Source of the DNA: Lama guanicoe
Lineage: Eukaryota
Assembly (NCBI GenBank): GCA_013239625.1
Contig: MU053557.1
Location: 4,370,123-4,434,122 of the forward strand
Direction of reading: 5' to 3'
DNA length: 64,000 nt
Part shown: positions 12,651-25,578 of the stretch, piece after piece
Position numbering within the stretch: position 1 is the first letter of the stretch
How the letters are laid out: each line of letters starts with the position of its first letter
The notes under the pieces: generated by a model
The model's input: only the letters and a program-made list of their open reading frames with translations
What the model was told of the DNA's origin: nothing
Databases searched by the model: none
Made by a program: the position numbers and the translations under genes

Positions 12651-13739
12651 AATTGATCTACTCTCTGTCCAAACCATTTTGATACAACTTGGCTTTTAAG
12701 ATACTTGTAGTAACTGTTCTTCTCTGTGAATAGCTGGGTAAAAGACATTACTTTAGTTCCAGGCAATATCAACAGACCAGCCCTTAGTTTTGTGGGTTTT
12801 CTGTGACCTCTTTCAAAAGTGGGGATTGACTTAGTTGATGATCTAGTTACTAAGATTTGTGCTTAAAGACTTGTGTTTCTAAAGCTTCCTGTTTGAAAGA
12901 TTAACCAATGTAAGTGTTCACAGCTGAAGGGAGTAATGGGGAAACAGGCCGTCACAGTTACATCCAATGCAGACTCTTAACCCATGGGTGTTTTCTTGTT
13001 GAAATTAATTGACACTCAGGGACAGAAGAGTCAAGAGTTTCCAAATACTCAGACTTAATAAATCTTCATGAACTGAAAGGGATATTGAAGATAACCAACC
13101 TCTTCACTTTAAGAAAAAGGAAACTGAGACTCGGGGAGTGGGGGCCAACCTCTTGCCCGGGGTCCCATAGCAAATAATGGTGGAGCTTCTTTCCACATCT
13201 CCCTCCATGCTCCCTGCCTCCCTCTGTCCCTTCCTTCCTCTTTTCAGCATTAGTATTAGTCTTTCAAGAACTAGATTTCATAAAATATTTCACAGAGCTG
13301 GAGGGGATCCTAGAAATGAACCACTCCAGCCTCTTCATTTCTGAAGATGAGGAAACAGAGGTCTAGGCAAGGGAAGGGCGTTGTAGCAGGTCACCACACC
13401 ACTAGCTTGTGGCAGGGTTGAGATGAGAACCACTTCCTCTTCCTTCTCATCCATCAGTCTTTCTACTGCCCCAGCTTTGTGGGGCCCTATAAACAGTCCC
13501 ATTTAGTAGCAGCTGCCCGTGGGCTCTCTTTCCTTCAGTGCTAAAAAATTGTGTTATTTCACAAAGAGAATTGAGAGATCAGAGCCTTCAATAAAAGCCA
13601 ACCAAGATTTACAGAGTACTGGCTGTGAGTACAGTACTGCAGTAACTGTACCAAGGATAAAACAATACATTCAACTGAACATCCCTCTCTTGTCATCCCC
13701 AACCCCATCCTCAGAACACACTGACCTCTCCTTCCTCAC

Positions 13740-13910
13740 CCTTACCACACTACTCGTGTGATTGTCCATCTCTCCCACTAGACTAGAGGCTTCCTGAGAG
13801 CAGAAGCTCTTGGTCTTTCTTTGTTTTCTCAGCACTCTGTACCGTATTGCACAGGTCAGCGTTTGGCACATAACAGATGCTCATCAATATCTGCTGAATG
13901 AATGAATAAA
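13740..13910 (+). mobile_element. L2 3' terminus
   Basis: 'cccactagactagaggcttcctgagagcag...tggcacataacagatgctcatcaatatctgctgaatgaatgaat'. Confidence 0.85.
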
Positions 13911-13920
13911 ACACAGTCTC

Positions 13921-14296
13921 TGTATAAGTTTCTAATAATTTCCCTGTATTAGTTTTCCACAGACCAGGTGCCTTACACGACAGGTATTTTCTCACAGTAT
14001 TGGAGGCTGGAAGTCCACGATCAAGGAGCCAGCAGGGTTGGCTTCCTCTGAGGCCACCTTCCTCCCACCACATGGCCTTGCCTCTGTATACCCACATCCA
14101 TGGTGTCCTCTGTGTGCCCTAGTCTCCTCTTCTTACAAGAACACCAGTCAGATTGGATTAGGAACCACCCTAATGGCCTCATTTTAACTTAATTACTTCT
14201 TTAAAGGCCTTATCCCCAAATATAGCCACGTTCTGAGGCAGTGAGGCTTAGACTTCAGCATATGAATTTTGAGGGTACACAATTCAGTCAATCACA
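13921..14296 (-). mobile_element. MLT1A/B/C-type ERVL-MaLR solo LTR
   Basis: TG...CA ends; 'ctcacagtattggaggctggaagtcca', 'ccagtcagattggattagg', 'atatgaattttgagggtacacaattcagtc'; candidate 5-bp TSD gtctc/gtccc. Confidence 0.85.
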
Positions 14297-14419
14297 GTCC
14301 CCTCACCCTTGACTGGCACACAGTTTAGTGAAAGGGATGGACATACAAAAAATGGAATAAGACAATGTAATAACTGCCATAACACAGGAAAGTAAAAGCC
14401 TTGTGGAACACAGATAATG

Positions 14420-14960
14420 GTTAATGTTCATAACAGCTGCATCACCGAGCATCTCAGTGCACCTTGTGTACTTCTGGGCACAGAATGTATTACCTAATTT
14501 AATTCTTGTTAGGATTAAATTCAGCCAAACGTCATTAGTGTGTCATTGGTGAGATGTCAATCACTATGCTAGAGCCTAGAGATTCAAAACTATGTAAGCT
14601 TAGGTCACAGAGGAAAGACTCCGGCTGCTTAACAAGGAAATGCACATACTCATTTGTCTGATAAACTGTCTTAACCCATACCTGCCCTGTTGATGGCTCC
14701 CACACCAGTTATTACTTCCCAGACAGGTAATTTAGTTTGTGCCCAACCAGGAAAATGGGAATCACTCTAGGTCTTTCCACATAAGAAATTTCACAAGGGT
14801 ACTATTATGATCAACACTCTGCAGGCGAAAAAAAAAACAAACAAACTGAGGCATAGTCAGTAAGTAACTTTCCCCATGTCACACAGCTACTTAACTGCAG
14901 ACCCAGAGCTTAAACACACTCATCCTGGCTCCAAAGCCCACTGTCTTAACCAGCACCCCA
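14420..14960 (-). mobile_element. MIR SINE split by a duplicated segment (~14520-14800)
   Basis: Left part '...tgtattacctaatttaattctt' and right part 'ggtactattatg...aaactgaggcatagtcagtaagtaactttccccatgtcacacagcta' are colinear MIR pieces. Confidence 0.6.
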
Positions 14961-15925
14961 CACTAACTCTTTTCAACAAGGAATCTTATTTTTTGTATCC
15001 CAGCAGGAGAGAGAATATGAGATCCCTGCAAAAAGAGGGAAATTTAAGCTAAGCCATGTAGTGAGGTAGAGAGAGCAGAGAAGAGAACTGTAAACAGAGG
15101 AATCAGGATTGAAGGTCAAGGTCTGTAAGGAGCTGGCTGAGCAGGTAGCAGAGAGGGCTGATGAGTGAGGTGAGGCTAGAAAGGTGAGCCAGGGTCAGAC
15201 CAGGTGACGTCTTATTTTATATGATGATATAATTGGGCTTGATTCTCTAGTCACTGATGAGCTACTGGATATTTTAGCAAGACATCATTTAATCTTACTT
15301 CTTTATTTTACCAAGAAGAAAACCAAGGGCCAGAGAGAAATGACTTGTCCAAGGCCACACAGTTGGTTAGTGGCAGACCTGACACCAGCATCCAGATCTC
15401 CCAATCCCAGTCCAGTGTTACACTCAGTTAAACTCTGCCTATATAAGCATATGAAAGCTAACATAATTAAAAAATTTTTTCTTATTTTCCCATGTATTTC
15501 ATCCATTTTTCCTCCACTTTCCTTTGTGGTGGATCCTTTGTGATCAATTGTACATTTTCCCAACCCTCAACTGATTACTATCTTCCTATCTAACACTACT
15601 ATGGTTCAAAGTCAGAAAGATCCTATACGAATGGTTAATGATGCAGTTCCCTGTGTGGCATTGTAGAGTGAGGCTGAATGGCTCACTGGTACATTTCATA
15701 GACTAGAAAGACCTGTATTTCTTATGTCTAAACAGATACGTAGAGATACAGAGATAAACTAAACAGCCACTCTGGCTGGGTTTGTTTTACCAAATAAGTA
15801 CATTAGGTCAGCAAACATTTACTGGAGTCCACTGCAGGCCAGGCACTGTGCTAGAACCTCAAGATCCAAAGCTGCAGAAGCTCAGTTCCTGGGTAAAAAG
15901 GCTCTTACCATTTAATACTGAAGTG

Positions 15926-15969
15926 CACACATGCACACGCACACACATGCACACGCACACACACACACA
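15926..15969. repeat. Imperfect (CA)n microsatellite
   Basis: 'cacacatgcacacgcacacacatgcacacgcacacacacaca'. Confidence 0.9.
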
Positions 15970-16044
15970 AGTCTGAAATGCTATCTCAGGCTACTTCTGC
16001 CATGCTTATAGGTCCTTATAGTAGTGGATTCCCCAGCCAGGGGA

Positions 16045-16500
16045 CTCAGGCTGGGTCCAACCAGGAAATGGAAACCACTCTAGGTCTTTCAACATGAGAA
16101 ACTTAATATAAGGAACTGGATGCAAAGGTAACAGAAGAGCTGCAAAGCCAAAAAGGAGATGGTGAGGCACCAGAGATTAGCAACAGCAGGAAGATGCTGC
16201 TGCTCCTGGGACACAGGAGAAGGTGTTACAAGATCCTAGAATCCAGGGCACTTATTTGGCAGGAGCTGGAGGCACAGAGCACGTGAAGCCACTTCTCAGA
16301 GATGCTACTGGAGGCAGAAAGAGAGGAGAAACATCCATTTTTCCCCTCCTCTCCTCCAATCTTCTACCATAGGCTCCCATTAGCCAAACTCGCCTTGAAG
16401 CAACACGGTGGGGAGCCTGCAGCGTGGAGGTCCCCATGTCACAGAACGGAGCAGGGGAAGCACGTGGAAAGGAGCAGAAAGCAAACAGGGGATGACAGGC
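16045..16500 (-). mobile_element. Old MaLR LTR (MLT1K/L-like)
   Basis: 'gggtccaaccaggaaatggaaaccactctaggtctttcaacatgagaaacttaatataaggaactgg' and 'cctccaatcttctaccataggctcccattagccaaactc'. Confidence 0.6.
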
Positions 16501-17984
16501 ACCCCAAGTGACCTTGGGCAAATCACTTTCTTAGAGTCTTAGTTTCCTCATCGGCAATTTGAGAAAAATAATCCCTCTCACATTTGTTTATGAGACTTAC
16601 ATGAAATAAAACCTGGGACAGCACTTTATAAGCTTCAAAATGCATGTACACAAAGGTAAGGGCTTTTATTATTGGTATTTTAAATCAAAGTGTTTTGGAC
16701 TTTAGGCTCTGGGGGAAGAGAAAGTGAGGTGGTATTCAGGTGTTGCTGGGAACTTTATAACTCCCTAAGTAAAGGGAGCAAGCTCTGCATGTTATCGCTT
16801 GTGATTTCATTCTGTCACTCAGTTCATCAGCCCTCGAAACTCCTGATTGGTTTTGAATAAACTGGCAAGTAACTGAAAGGATGTCAGTGCCTACTCTTGA
16901 TTCTATTTAGGGGTTTGTCTGTGGTTTTGAATCAAAAAGTGACAAATAATGAGGACTCTAGAAATTACTTCAAGACCATTTATTCCACCGTTTTCATTTG
17001 ATAGAGGACTAGAGAGGGGATGGGGTTTGCATGTTGTCACTTGCCAAATTCTTAGCAGAGAAAGACACGGAACCCAGGAGAAGGCTCACTTCTCCTTTTA
17101 CCAGTTCTCTCTTCCTTGGACCTTGGGGTTTCAAATTAGTCTCAGATAGCAGCTTGTACTTTCAAGTTTTTCTTTTTTCTTTTCCATTTATCTTTGTGCC
17201 TTCTTCCTTTCATTTAATCTTTATTCTCTTCTTCCTAATCATCTTCGACAACTCAATTTCATGGACTGCCTCCTCTAACTCTGCTGATGGACAACGAAAG
17301 CTGAGCCCTAAGTCGTATCTATTTTAAGTTGGGAGGGTGTAAAGTTTTCTAAATAACTCAATTTCCCTTCAATATCAGGTGTAAGAAAGCATTATCACAA
17401 ACTCTTTGAGGTCAGCTTTTCTGCCATCCTCAAGGCTTCCGGTGAAAATCATAAGGTACAATCCCTTCCTTTCTATGCACAGAAAGTAAAGGCCATGGCC
17501 AGAACGTTTGACTAAGCATCAGGGCAGTCATATCGGCCTCATGAGAATGGCAGTAGTATTTTTACCAATGGCACAAAGTGGTTTGATCCTCTTGGCAAGA
17601 ATGGTCCTATGTTCTGTAACTTTTAATGTACCTCCGTGGTAAGGGACAGTGGTCAGTGGATGGTAAAGTTAAAGAGTTTATTCCTTACTTATCCAATAAA
17701 GACACTGTGCTTTCATTGTCTGTAAGTTCCTTCCTGGCACTGACATTTAAGAAATCAGTATCCCTCCACTGATGAAGGCCTATTATGGTCACAGAGGCAC
17801 CAAGAGAGTAATAATCTCCTCAGTGACTCATGGAATTCCCAGTGGCCCACTGTGAATTGACATTTTACTGGGTGCAGAGTCTGTGGCATCTTAAAATATC
17901 AGAGCTGGAATAGCGTCAGTCATCATCATCCACTATGGGTGCATTGAGGGGTCTGGGACCTGAAGGTTATGGGTGCCCATTCAC

Positions 17985-18810
17985 TGGTTCCTTCAACAGA
18001 ATTGTATTTTCTCTGTGCCATATGCCAAGCCAAGATCCTGGGGTACAGTAATCAATAAGACAGATGAAGTACCTGCCCTCACATGTGCTAGTGGGGCAAG
18101 ATGCATGATAACAAGAAAACTAAAAAATAAGTAAGATAATTACAGTTTATCATAATTGTTCAAAAGGTAATAAAAATGTAATGGATGTATTTCTTTATTT
18201 AATGGATATTGAATAACTTGGGATGGGGGAGTGACTGTTTGCAAAAGTGGCCCTTAAAGGGAAATCTGAAACTTGAGAAGAAACCAATGGTGGAAACTTG
18301 AGTGTAAAAAAATTTATAAGCAGAGGGAATAGCCTGTGCAAAGGCCCTGAGGCAGGAAAGAATTTGGTAGATTTAAAGAGTGGAAAGTGAGTCAGTCTGG
18401 CTGGAATATAATAAGGGAAAAGTAGTGTGAGGAGTGGTGGAAGGAGTTGGCTGGGATCAAATTGGCCTCATGGACCCTAGTAAGGAGTTTGGATTTTATT
18501 CTGAGAATGGGAAGCCTTTGAAGACTCTTAAGCAGGTAAGCAACTTGATCCAGTTTATATTTTTTAAAGACCTCTCTGACTACAGGAAGGAAGATGGATT
18601 GTAGAATACACAATGAGGCCATTGAAATAATCCAGATCCCTCCCAAAAATGATAGACAAAATTAGTAACAATGGAGATGGAAAGAAGTGGAAATAATGGA
18701 TTCGGAAAACATAGATCTTGTAAGACTTGCTGATGGCTTGGATATAGAAACTAAGAATCAAAGGACTTAAAGAAAACTTCTAAGATTTTGAGCAACTGAG
18801 TGAATCCATG
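17985..18810 (-). mobile_element. L2 LINE fragment
   Basis: 'agcctgtgcaaaggccctgaggcaggaaag', 'gtaaggagtttggattttattctgag', 'gacttgctgatggcttggat'. Confidence 0.85.
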
Positions 18811-18989
18811 TGGCAAAGGAACATTAGAAGTGGGTGGGACTAGAGAGATCTATTTACTGCAAAGGGAAATGGGGGTTGTAAGGGACACAGTGTGGAGAGA
18901 GCACAGGTATGTGGGTGGCATAAGAACAGGAATATTAGCAAATATCATCTATGCCTTAAGAGAAAGTGATACTTTGAATTACTTTACAG

Positions 18990-19221
18990 CAGTGATATTC
19001 AATAGGTGTGATTTTTGTCCCTAAGTGAAATTTGGCAATGTCTGGAGACTCTTGGTTGTTATGATCTGGGGAAGGAGGGTGGGGAGGGGAGGGGATTGAG
19101 ATCCTTCAGGCATCTGGTGGGTAGAGACCAGGATGTTATTAAACACCCTTGCACAAGACAATCCCCATAACAAAGATTTATCTGGCCCAAAATGTCGTCA
19201 ATGCTGAGGCTGAGAACACTG
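18990..19221 (+). mobile_element. MER20 hAT-Charlie MITE, full length
   Basis: cagtg...cactg termini; 'atttggcaatgtctggagac', 'tatctggcccaaaatgtc'; 8-bp TSD ctttacag (18982-18989) / ttttacag (19222-19229). Confidence 0.9.
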
Positions 19222-19849
19222 TTTTACAGGTTGCTTTTTGGGATTTATGCAAACAAAGGCCCAGAGAGGAGTGTCCTGTAGGTGTCAGTCCTAAAGGACC
19301 GTTAGGAAGGAGCCTAGACTTGCTTCTCTGGCAGAGGCTGACAGGAGCTAGTGAGTATGGGGCTCGCAGAGTTTCCCTGGGGCTGGCTAAGAACAGAACA
19401 TTGATTGGATCCAACCAGAAAGCACTGAACCCAAGGGGAGGCCAGGTGGACGTGCTGCCAAGTGAGAACTCACTAACTGGGCAAGAAGATTGATGGGGAT
19501 GAGTCTGGCGGAAATCAAGAGTTGCCAGAGGAAGAAAAGGAGGCTAGGAAGCCTATGGGGTAGGGAGGTAGGGAGCAGGAACCCACCACCCCCACAATGA
19601 ATTTGCACTTCTTGGGACTGGTTCCAAACTAGAGATCCTTTAGAGTCTGCTGGTCCTCATGACTGCCTAGACAGTAAAGTCACCTGAGGAGACTTTTTTC
19701 AAGTACTCATAGCTAGGCCCCACGCCCAAAGACAGTTATTCAATTAGTCTGGCTTAGGGCTCTAGTACTGGAATTTTAAAAGCTCCTGCAAGTATTCTGG
19801 GTTGAGAACCACTGATCTGATCTAAACATGGCACACCAAGACATCGCTG

Positions 19850-20120
19850 AGGCCAGACAAGTAAAGGAAATGAGGGACAGGACAGGCCCCACTTCAGTGG
19901 GCAGGGCGCTCAGCTGTAGCCCACTGTTGCCTTGAAAAATTCTGGACTTAGTGTTGCCAAACCTTCCTGTTTTCTTTTTTGTTTGTTTTCATTTTCTTTC
20001 GAGAAGCCTAAAATCCAGATTTTTTTCAGTGTTAGTTCCAAATATCTTAAAATCCCATGCCAAACAAAACATGTATGCAGAGCGCATTGGACCCTTGAGC
20101 TATCATTTAGCAACCTCTGA
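19850..20120 (-). mobile_element. MER102-like hAT element
   Basis: 'gagaagcctaaaatccagatttt...gccaaacaaaacatgtatgcag...tttagcaacctctg'. Confidence 0.65.
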
Positions 20121-20389
20121 TCCAGTTCAGTGGTTTTTCACACTTTTTTTTTTTTTTTTAGCCACAGGAGGTTTTCTCTCAACAAGTCATTTTGTGGAAC
20201 TGCTATAAACGACATAAATCCAAGCAGAGCTTTGGTCAGAGCAGGGCAGAGACACAGCCTCTCCTTCCAGCCCCAGGCGGTTCTTGTAGCCGCTCCTGAG
20301 TGAGGCCCCTCTGGTTCTGGCGAATCTCTCTGGTTCATTTACCAGATGAGGAAACTGAGGCTCTTCAGAACATGGCAGTCCCTGAGTGG

Positions 20390-20680
20390 AACCAGCCCCA
20401 TGGGGCCATTTGAAAATGTGTGGAAATGCTTAAAATTGTCACCGTGACAAAGCAGACACTCCTAGCATTTAGTGGCTAGGGGCCAGGAAAGCTAAAGTTT
20501 CTGCAATTTCCAGGACAATAAAGAGTCATCCCACACAGTGGGGAGGGTATAGCTCAGTGGTAGAGTGCATGCTTAGCATGCACAAGGTCTTGGGTTCAAT
20601 CCCCAATACCTCCAATGAAAAAAAAAAAAAAAGAATCGTCCCACACAAAATGCCAATAGTCTTCTTCTGCAAACACCAGA
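20390..20680. mobile_element. MER20-related MITE hosting the SINE
   Basis: 'ggccatttgaaaatgtgtgg...agcatttagtggctaggggccagg...aaaatgccaatagt'. Confidence 0.55.
20538..20629 (+). mobile_element. tRNA-Ala(AGC)-derived SINE (camelid Vic-1 type)
   Basis: Full tRNA-like body (A box tagctcagtgg, anticodon arm gcatgcttagcatgc, B box ggttcaatccc, ending cctcca) plus an A tail; TSD aaagagtcatcccacaca (20520-20537) / aaagaatcgtcccacaca (20630-20647). Family name from recall. Confidence 0.85.
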
Positions 20681-21692
20681 GGAGGAAGCGGAGACCCAGA
20701 GAAGGAACACCAGCTGGCAAGATCATGGCAAGTGCACACTAAAACACTGACCCTGCCCCACAGGCTTGGGGAATTCAGCTGTACCCATAAGCGGAGGACA
20801 CTGGCATGGTCAGGCTGGCCTTACTCCAAAACACAGGGAGAAAGGGATATATTAAAAATTAAAATCAAGTAGCCTCCTGAGGTGAGGTAGCTGCTACATA
20901 AAAACTGTCCAATTTTGAGAAGCGACTCTGGGAAAGGAATGGGGCTGCTGAGCGTCTTCAGCCTGGGCTGGAGGCCAGCGGTCGGCACTGGGAGGAGGCA
21001 GATCAGCTGCTACAAGGAGCAGAGGTGCCGGGAAATGCTGGAGGCAGGGCAGTCATGCAGGTTTGCTGGCCCCATTGGTCATTTAATCCCTAGGCCAAAA
21101 TACGCCAGATTCAAAAATAGGATGTGGGAGCAGAAGGTGAAAGAAGGGTGTTCCCCAGCACTCCAAGGAAAGTAAAGCCAAAGGAGAACTCATCTCCTAT
21201 TTTTGTCATCACAATGCTACATGTTACACAGTTTCCCCACTTATGAAAGCATTACTGCAGAATCACCTTCTCCATAACCAACAGGCAAGGGCAGAATTAA
21301 CCACATCGTATAGCCAAGGAGATGGGGCTTCGGGGCGCTTCTGTGGTGCCTTCTTCTTCAAGATCTGATTTTGTCTGTTTCTGCTTCTAAGAATCATCCT
21401 CATGAGGAAGATCAAGGTTCCTTTTCCCAGCTTGCACTTTAGAACAGCAGTTTTCAAACTGTGACGGATGCCAGAATCATGGGGGATCTTGGTAAAAAAC
21501 ACAGGAAGCCCTATCCTCCTGTCTCTTTGCACGCCAGGTAGTTCTGGCACTCACCAACATCTAACGAGTCTAGCCCAGCTCAGCAAGACAAGTTCACTTC
21601 TTACGTCCTTGGATGTCATGACAACACCAAGATTACTCTATACGTTTCTAAATGCTTATTCTCTCAGCTGATGATGGAGATGAGACAGCCTC

Positions 21693-21878
21693 CGCCAGTG
21701 TGTGAGTGAGCTGGCTCTTGGTAAGCTGGGAGCCCTTGATTCACGTGTGCTTGTTTCCATGGGGGAAATACTCTTCCTATGGCCAATTGCAAGCTACCAA
21801 CATGACATCACTGAATGTGGAATTGAGAAAGAGATACATGCAATCAACTCTTTTGAGACAGTGTAAGCCAGCACACTC
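21693..21878. mobile_element. MER63-like hAT-Blackjack element
   Basis: 'caagctaccaacatgacatcactgaatgtggaattgagaaagagat...agccagcacac'. Confidence 0.6.
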
Positions 21879-23246
21879 TTTTGTGTCCCATCTCCAAAGC
21901 CAAGGATCTTTCTCCTAAAATATCCAGAGCCAGGACCTGAGACAGGCCCATGAGGGAAACAAGGAATGTATGTTCAATGACAGCATCATCTTCAGGGGGC
22001 AAGAATATTACTCCCACTAGTTTATGGTGGTCTTTGAAGGGCAATTGTCATGACTTTGAAATCCAACTTTGGGACTATCGGCTGTGTGATCTTGGACGAG
22101 TCTGAAACTTCTCCAGGCCTCATATTCTTTATAATCAAACTAGGAACAACAACACAATCCTCAAAGGGAAACCTTAAAGGCTAAAGGATATTTCACTCCA
22201 GCAACTAGTGATACTTAATGTTTGTGCTCTTCCCTTCTTCTCCCAAATGCCTCACATTTTCTGGCCTAGAGAGGACCCTATAACTCTTTCCGTTTAAATG
22301 CCTTGTTGGAGAATCAGAGACTCAAAAGTAAGGCAATTGCTCTGTTCAGCAAACTACAACCAGTTGGCATGGAAGCCACCATGCATCTTTGCCTCTTGAC
22401 TCAAGAGGTCAGGAAATATAGCCTCCCATCCCCCCTACTCCCAAAGCACGCACAAGTTGGTTTCCACAAACCAACCTGGAAGCCACACTGTGGAAATTCT
22501 GCACATCTGCATTGCAGTGATTTCATCATTGCCACTGTCTATACATAAATGGTGTCCGAGAAGAAGTCCAAAGGCATTTGGCTTGAGCAGCCTGCGCTCT
22601 GGACTGGGGATGGCCCTGTAGAAAGTCGCTTTCACCTTTCTGCCACTGATGATGGAGACACTGGAGCTATGGACTGTGTCTCTGCATCCTCTTCCCTTCA
22701 CATCAGCTAAGGTGTTTTTCATTTCTCTTGATGGGCTCAATTTCCCACATGTTCTCCCAAGCTCTTCCTCTCAGCTTCCCAGGACTTCCCACAGCAAACC
22801 TGTGTGCTTGGGCGGTGGCCAAGGCTGGGGCTGCTGAAACGTGCACCGGATATGCTTTTGGCCGTGTTTATCCGCCCCAGCCCTGGCTCCTATGGCTAGA
22901 GAAGAGGGCCTTGGCTGTTCGGGTGGCCCCAGCCTGCCTGCAACCTGCCTATCTGGCCCGAGGAGATAGAACCTTCCTGTCAGCTCTGCGACTCATTTAC
23001 TACTCTAAGCCTGGACAAAGACCTGCCTCTTTGTGCCTCAGTTTCCTCATCTCTGAAAATAACAACAAAAATAATGTATCTTTGTTTCATAAGGGGCACT
23101 GTGCTTTTTACAACAGTCCCTTTACCTGTGGTTTACGGTTTAATCCCATTACAACCTGTGAAGTAGGGGATAACACAACCGGTAAGGTGGGACTGCAGCC
23201 CAAGTCTGGACCCCAAGTACACAATTATTGCCCTACCCCCTAGCTG

Positions 23247-23593
23247 ATTTTTTTAAAATAAAGCTTTATTATATACCTGTGTGTACAATATTATATTTCG
23301 ACTTCTATAAACACTACAGCGTGCTCACCACCAAAAGTTGTTTCCTTTCATCACCATACAGGGGACCCCCTCTACCCATTTTGTTCTCCCCCACCCTCTT
23401 CTCCTCTGGTAGCCACGACTCTGTTCCACGTGTCTGTGTGCTTGTTCCTGTTTGGTTTGGTTTATACACTTATTTATGTATTTTTTTTATTTTTAGATTC
23501 CACATATGAGTGAAATTGATAGTGGTCTTTCTCCATCTGATTTATTTCACTTAGCATAACACCCTCAAGGTACATCCATGTTTCTGCTGATGG
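23247..23593 (-). mobile_element. L1 3' end (ORF2 terminus plus 3'UTR), older copy
   Basis: 'tttagattccacatatgagtgaaat...ttatttcacttagcataacaccctcaagg...tccatg' is the reverse-strand L1 ORF2 end; T-run at the left; no TSD resolved. Confidence 0.85.
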
Positions 23594-23951
23594 CTTTTCC
23601 ATTCAAAGGAGCAGGGCTGGGCTGAGACATCAAGTGTGTGGCTTTGTTCCCCTGTTTAGGACCTGCCTCACTGCCTTGTTCTCACCCTCACTTCTCACTG
23701 CTCCTCTCTTCCTGTGGAGGCCACTTTGCTTCCTGAGAGCCCTGGGTATGGCTGGGTGTGCACAGCTTGTGTGATGTGAGCCTCACAGAGCAGTCAAAGA
23801 GTTAGTGGAAGATATTTACTCTTTAAACTCCCTACCCAAGTCCTTGGTTAGAGGAGGCAACATGAATTTTTCTGCTCTTTTCTGTTCTTTTTTTCCCTTT
23901 TGCACACTTGTGTCCTGCCACCAAACACTCTTTAGGGACACAGGTGTGTAG

Positions 23952-23954
<3 letters not shown>

Positions 23955-23988
<34 letters not shown>
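23955..23988. repeat. (TG)17 microsatellite
   Basis: Uninterrupted TG run. Confidence 0.95.
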
Positions 23989-23991
<3 letters not shown>

Positions 23992-25374
23992 ACCCTTCCT
24001 TTCTGGGTCCTTTCGACAGAGGGACCAGGCAGAACGAAAAGTATTTGTGGAATCTGTCAGTTCCACAGACACCTAGGCTGAATGTGGAACACAGAAAAGA
24101 ACTTGCTTGTCCCATGTGATTGCTGCTTAGGAGAGTAAAGATGTGGGTGCTTAGAATCTAGAAAATATCTTAGGTGAGGAAATTTCCCAGCATGTTCTGA
24201 AACACTCCTATTCTATGCCCTGCCTTTTCCACAAAGCAAAGCCTCCTTTGACCTCTCCAGCTGGGATGAACTTCTTCATCCTAAATACAAACCCCATCTC
24301 ACGTCTCAGTGGCCATGCTTCTACCTAGCACTTCATCATTGTCTGTATCGCTCATCGGATTTTCTTGGTAGACTGTAATAAAGACCATTTCTTAGTTATA
24401 CCACCACCCTCCTCAATATCTTATAATAACACTGATAATTATAATAATAGCAGCTTCTATTTATCAAGTGCTTACTCTGTGTCAAGAGAGTAATCAAACA
24501 ACATCTTATTTCATCTTGCATCAGCCTGTTGAGGTAAGTAGTATTACTATGCATTTAAGTAACTTCTCAAGGTTTATGCAGAAGAGAAAAAAACTAGGAT
24601 TTCCAACCCAAGTTTGTCTGATTCTCTAATTCCCAAGCTGAGGTTCCCAACTTCTGTGATTTGCTGCCTCCCACAGTGGCTGGGAAATAGGCCCGTACAA
24701 GAGAATTCCAACCTTGCCTAATAAGAGTCAGCACTGTCTGAACAGAAGGAAGGTCGTTTCATCCCACACTCTCATCTCACTGATTAGGGAATTAAACCCA
24801 AAGGGAAAGTGAATCAACAAGGTGGCCCCACCAGTTGGTGGCAACAGCACAATGCCCAGCCCCCGTCATTTCCCCAGCTGCCTGCAACCTCTTGGCCTCT
24901 CACTTTCCTAAAGAGTTTCTGAGGGATAAGAATTGCTCAGTATCAGAAAGCTTAAGCAGGAAGAGGGTGTGGGCACCAATGTATGTCATGCTCTGTGATG
25001 GCACTGTATGGGAAACCAGGGACATCCCAGCCTCCCTGAAGCTTTACTTTCCTGAAAAATTGTGCGTAGATCAGACGCTAACTTTTGCATTCCAGTAAGT
25101 CAGCCTCCAGAGTGTGAGTCAGTCTGGCCTATGGCTGGGAGTCTGTGCCCTGGCTTTGTCTATGTGTGAGCTGTCAGTTGACTGCATGCACATGGACTTT
25201 AGGACATACAAGACTATAGACACACACACACAGAGTATATGGTCCATAGACAGATAGCATATAGAGACATAAAGTGTGTTTATGTGTATGTGTATGTTAT
25301 ATACATATTATATGGACATAAAACCTCATGAAATTGTTTTCTTTTATTGTAGTCTGTGTCCCTGGGTTACAGTT

Positions 25375-25578
25375 TAGCCCACTTTTGGTATTTTATACCA
25401 GATAACTCTTTGTTGTGGAAGCTGCCCTGTACATTGCAGGATGTTTAGCAGCATTCCTGGCCTGTACCCACTAGTTGCCAGTAGCATCTCCCCACCCCAT
25501 ATCGTAACAACCAGAAATAGTCCCAGACATTGCAAAATGTCCCCTGGAGGAAAACTGTTCCCTGGTTAAGAATCGTTG
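25375..25578 (-). mobile_element. MER20 MITE
   Basis: 'ccagataactctttgttgtgg...ggatgtttagcagcattcctggcctgtacccactag...ccagacattgcaaaatgtcccctgg'. Confidence 0.9.

Noticed and set aside
20540..20614. Functional tRNA-Ala gene
   Set aside because: The poly(A) tail, TSD, stem mismatches and lack of a T-run terminator indicate a retroposed SINE.
22728..23243. 171-aa ORF
   Set aside because: No recognisable domain; it runs through MIR fragments and has a non-ATG start.
24826..24842. CTCF-like ccaccagttggtgg
   Set aside because: It mismatches core positions and cannot be supported without binding data.
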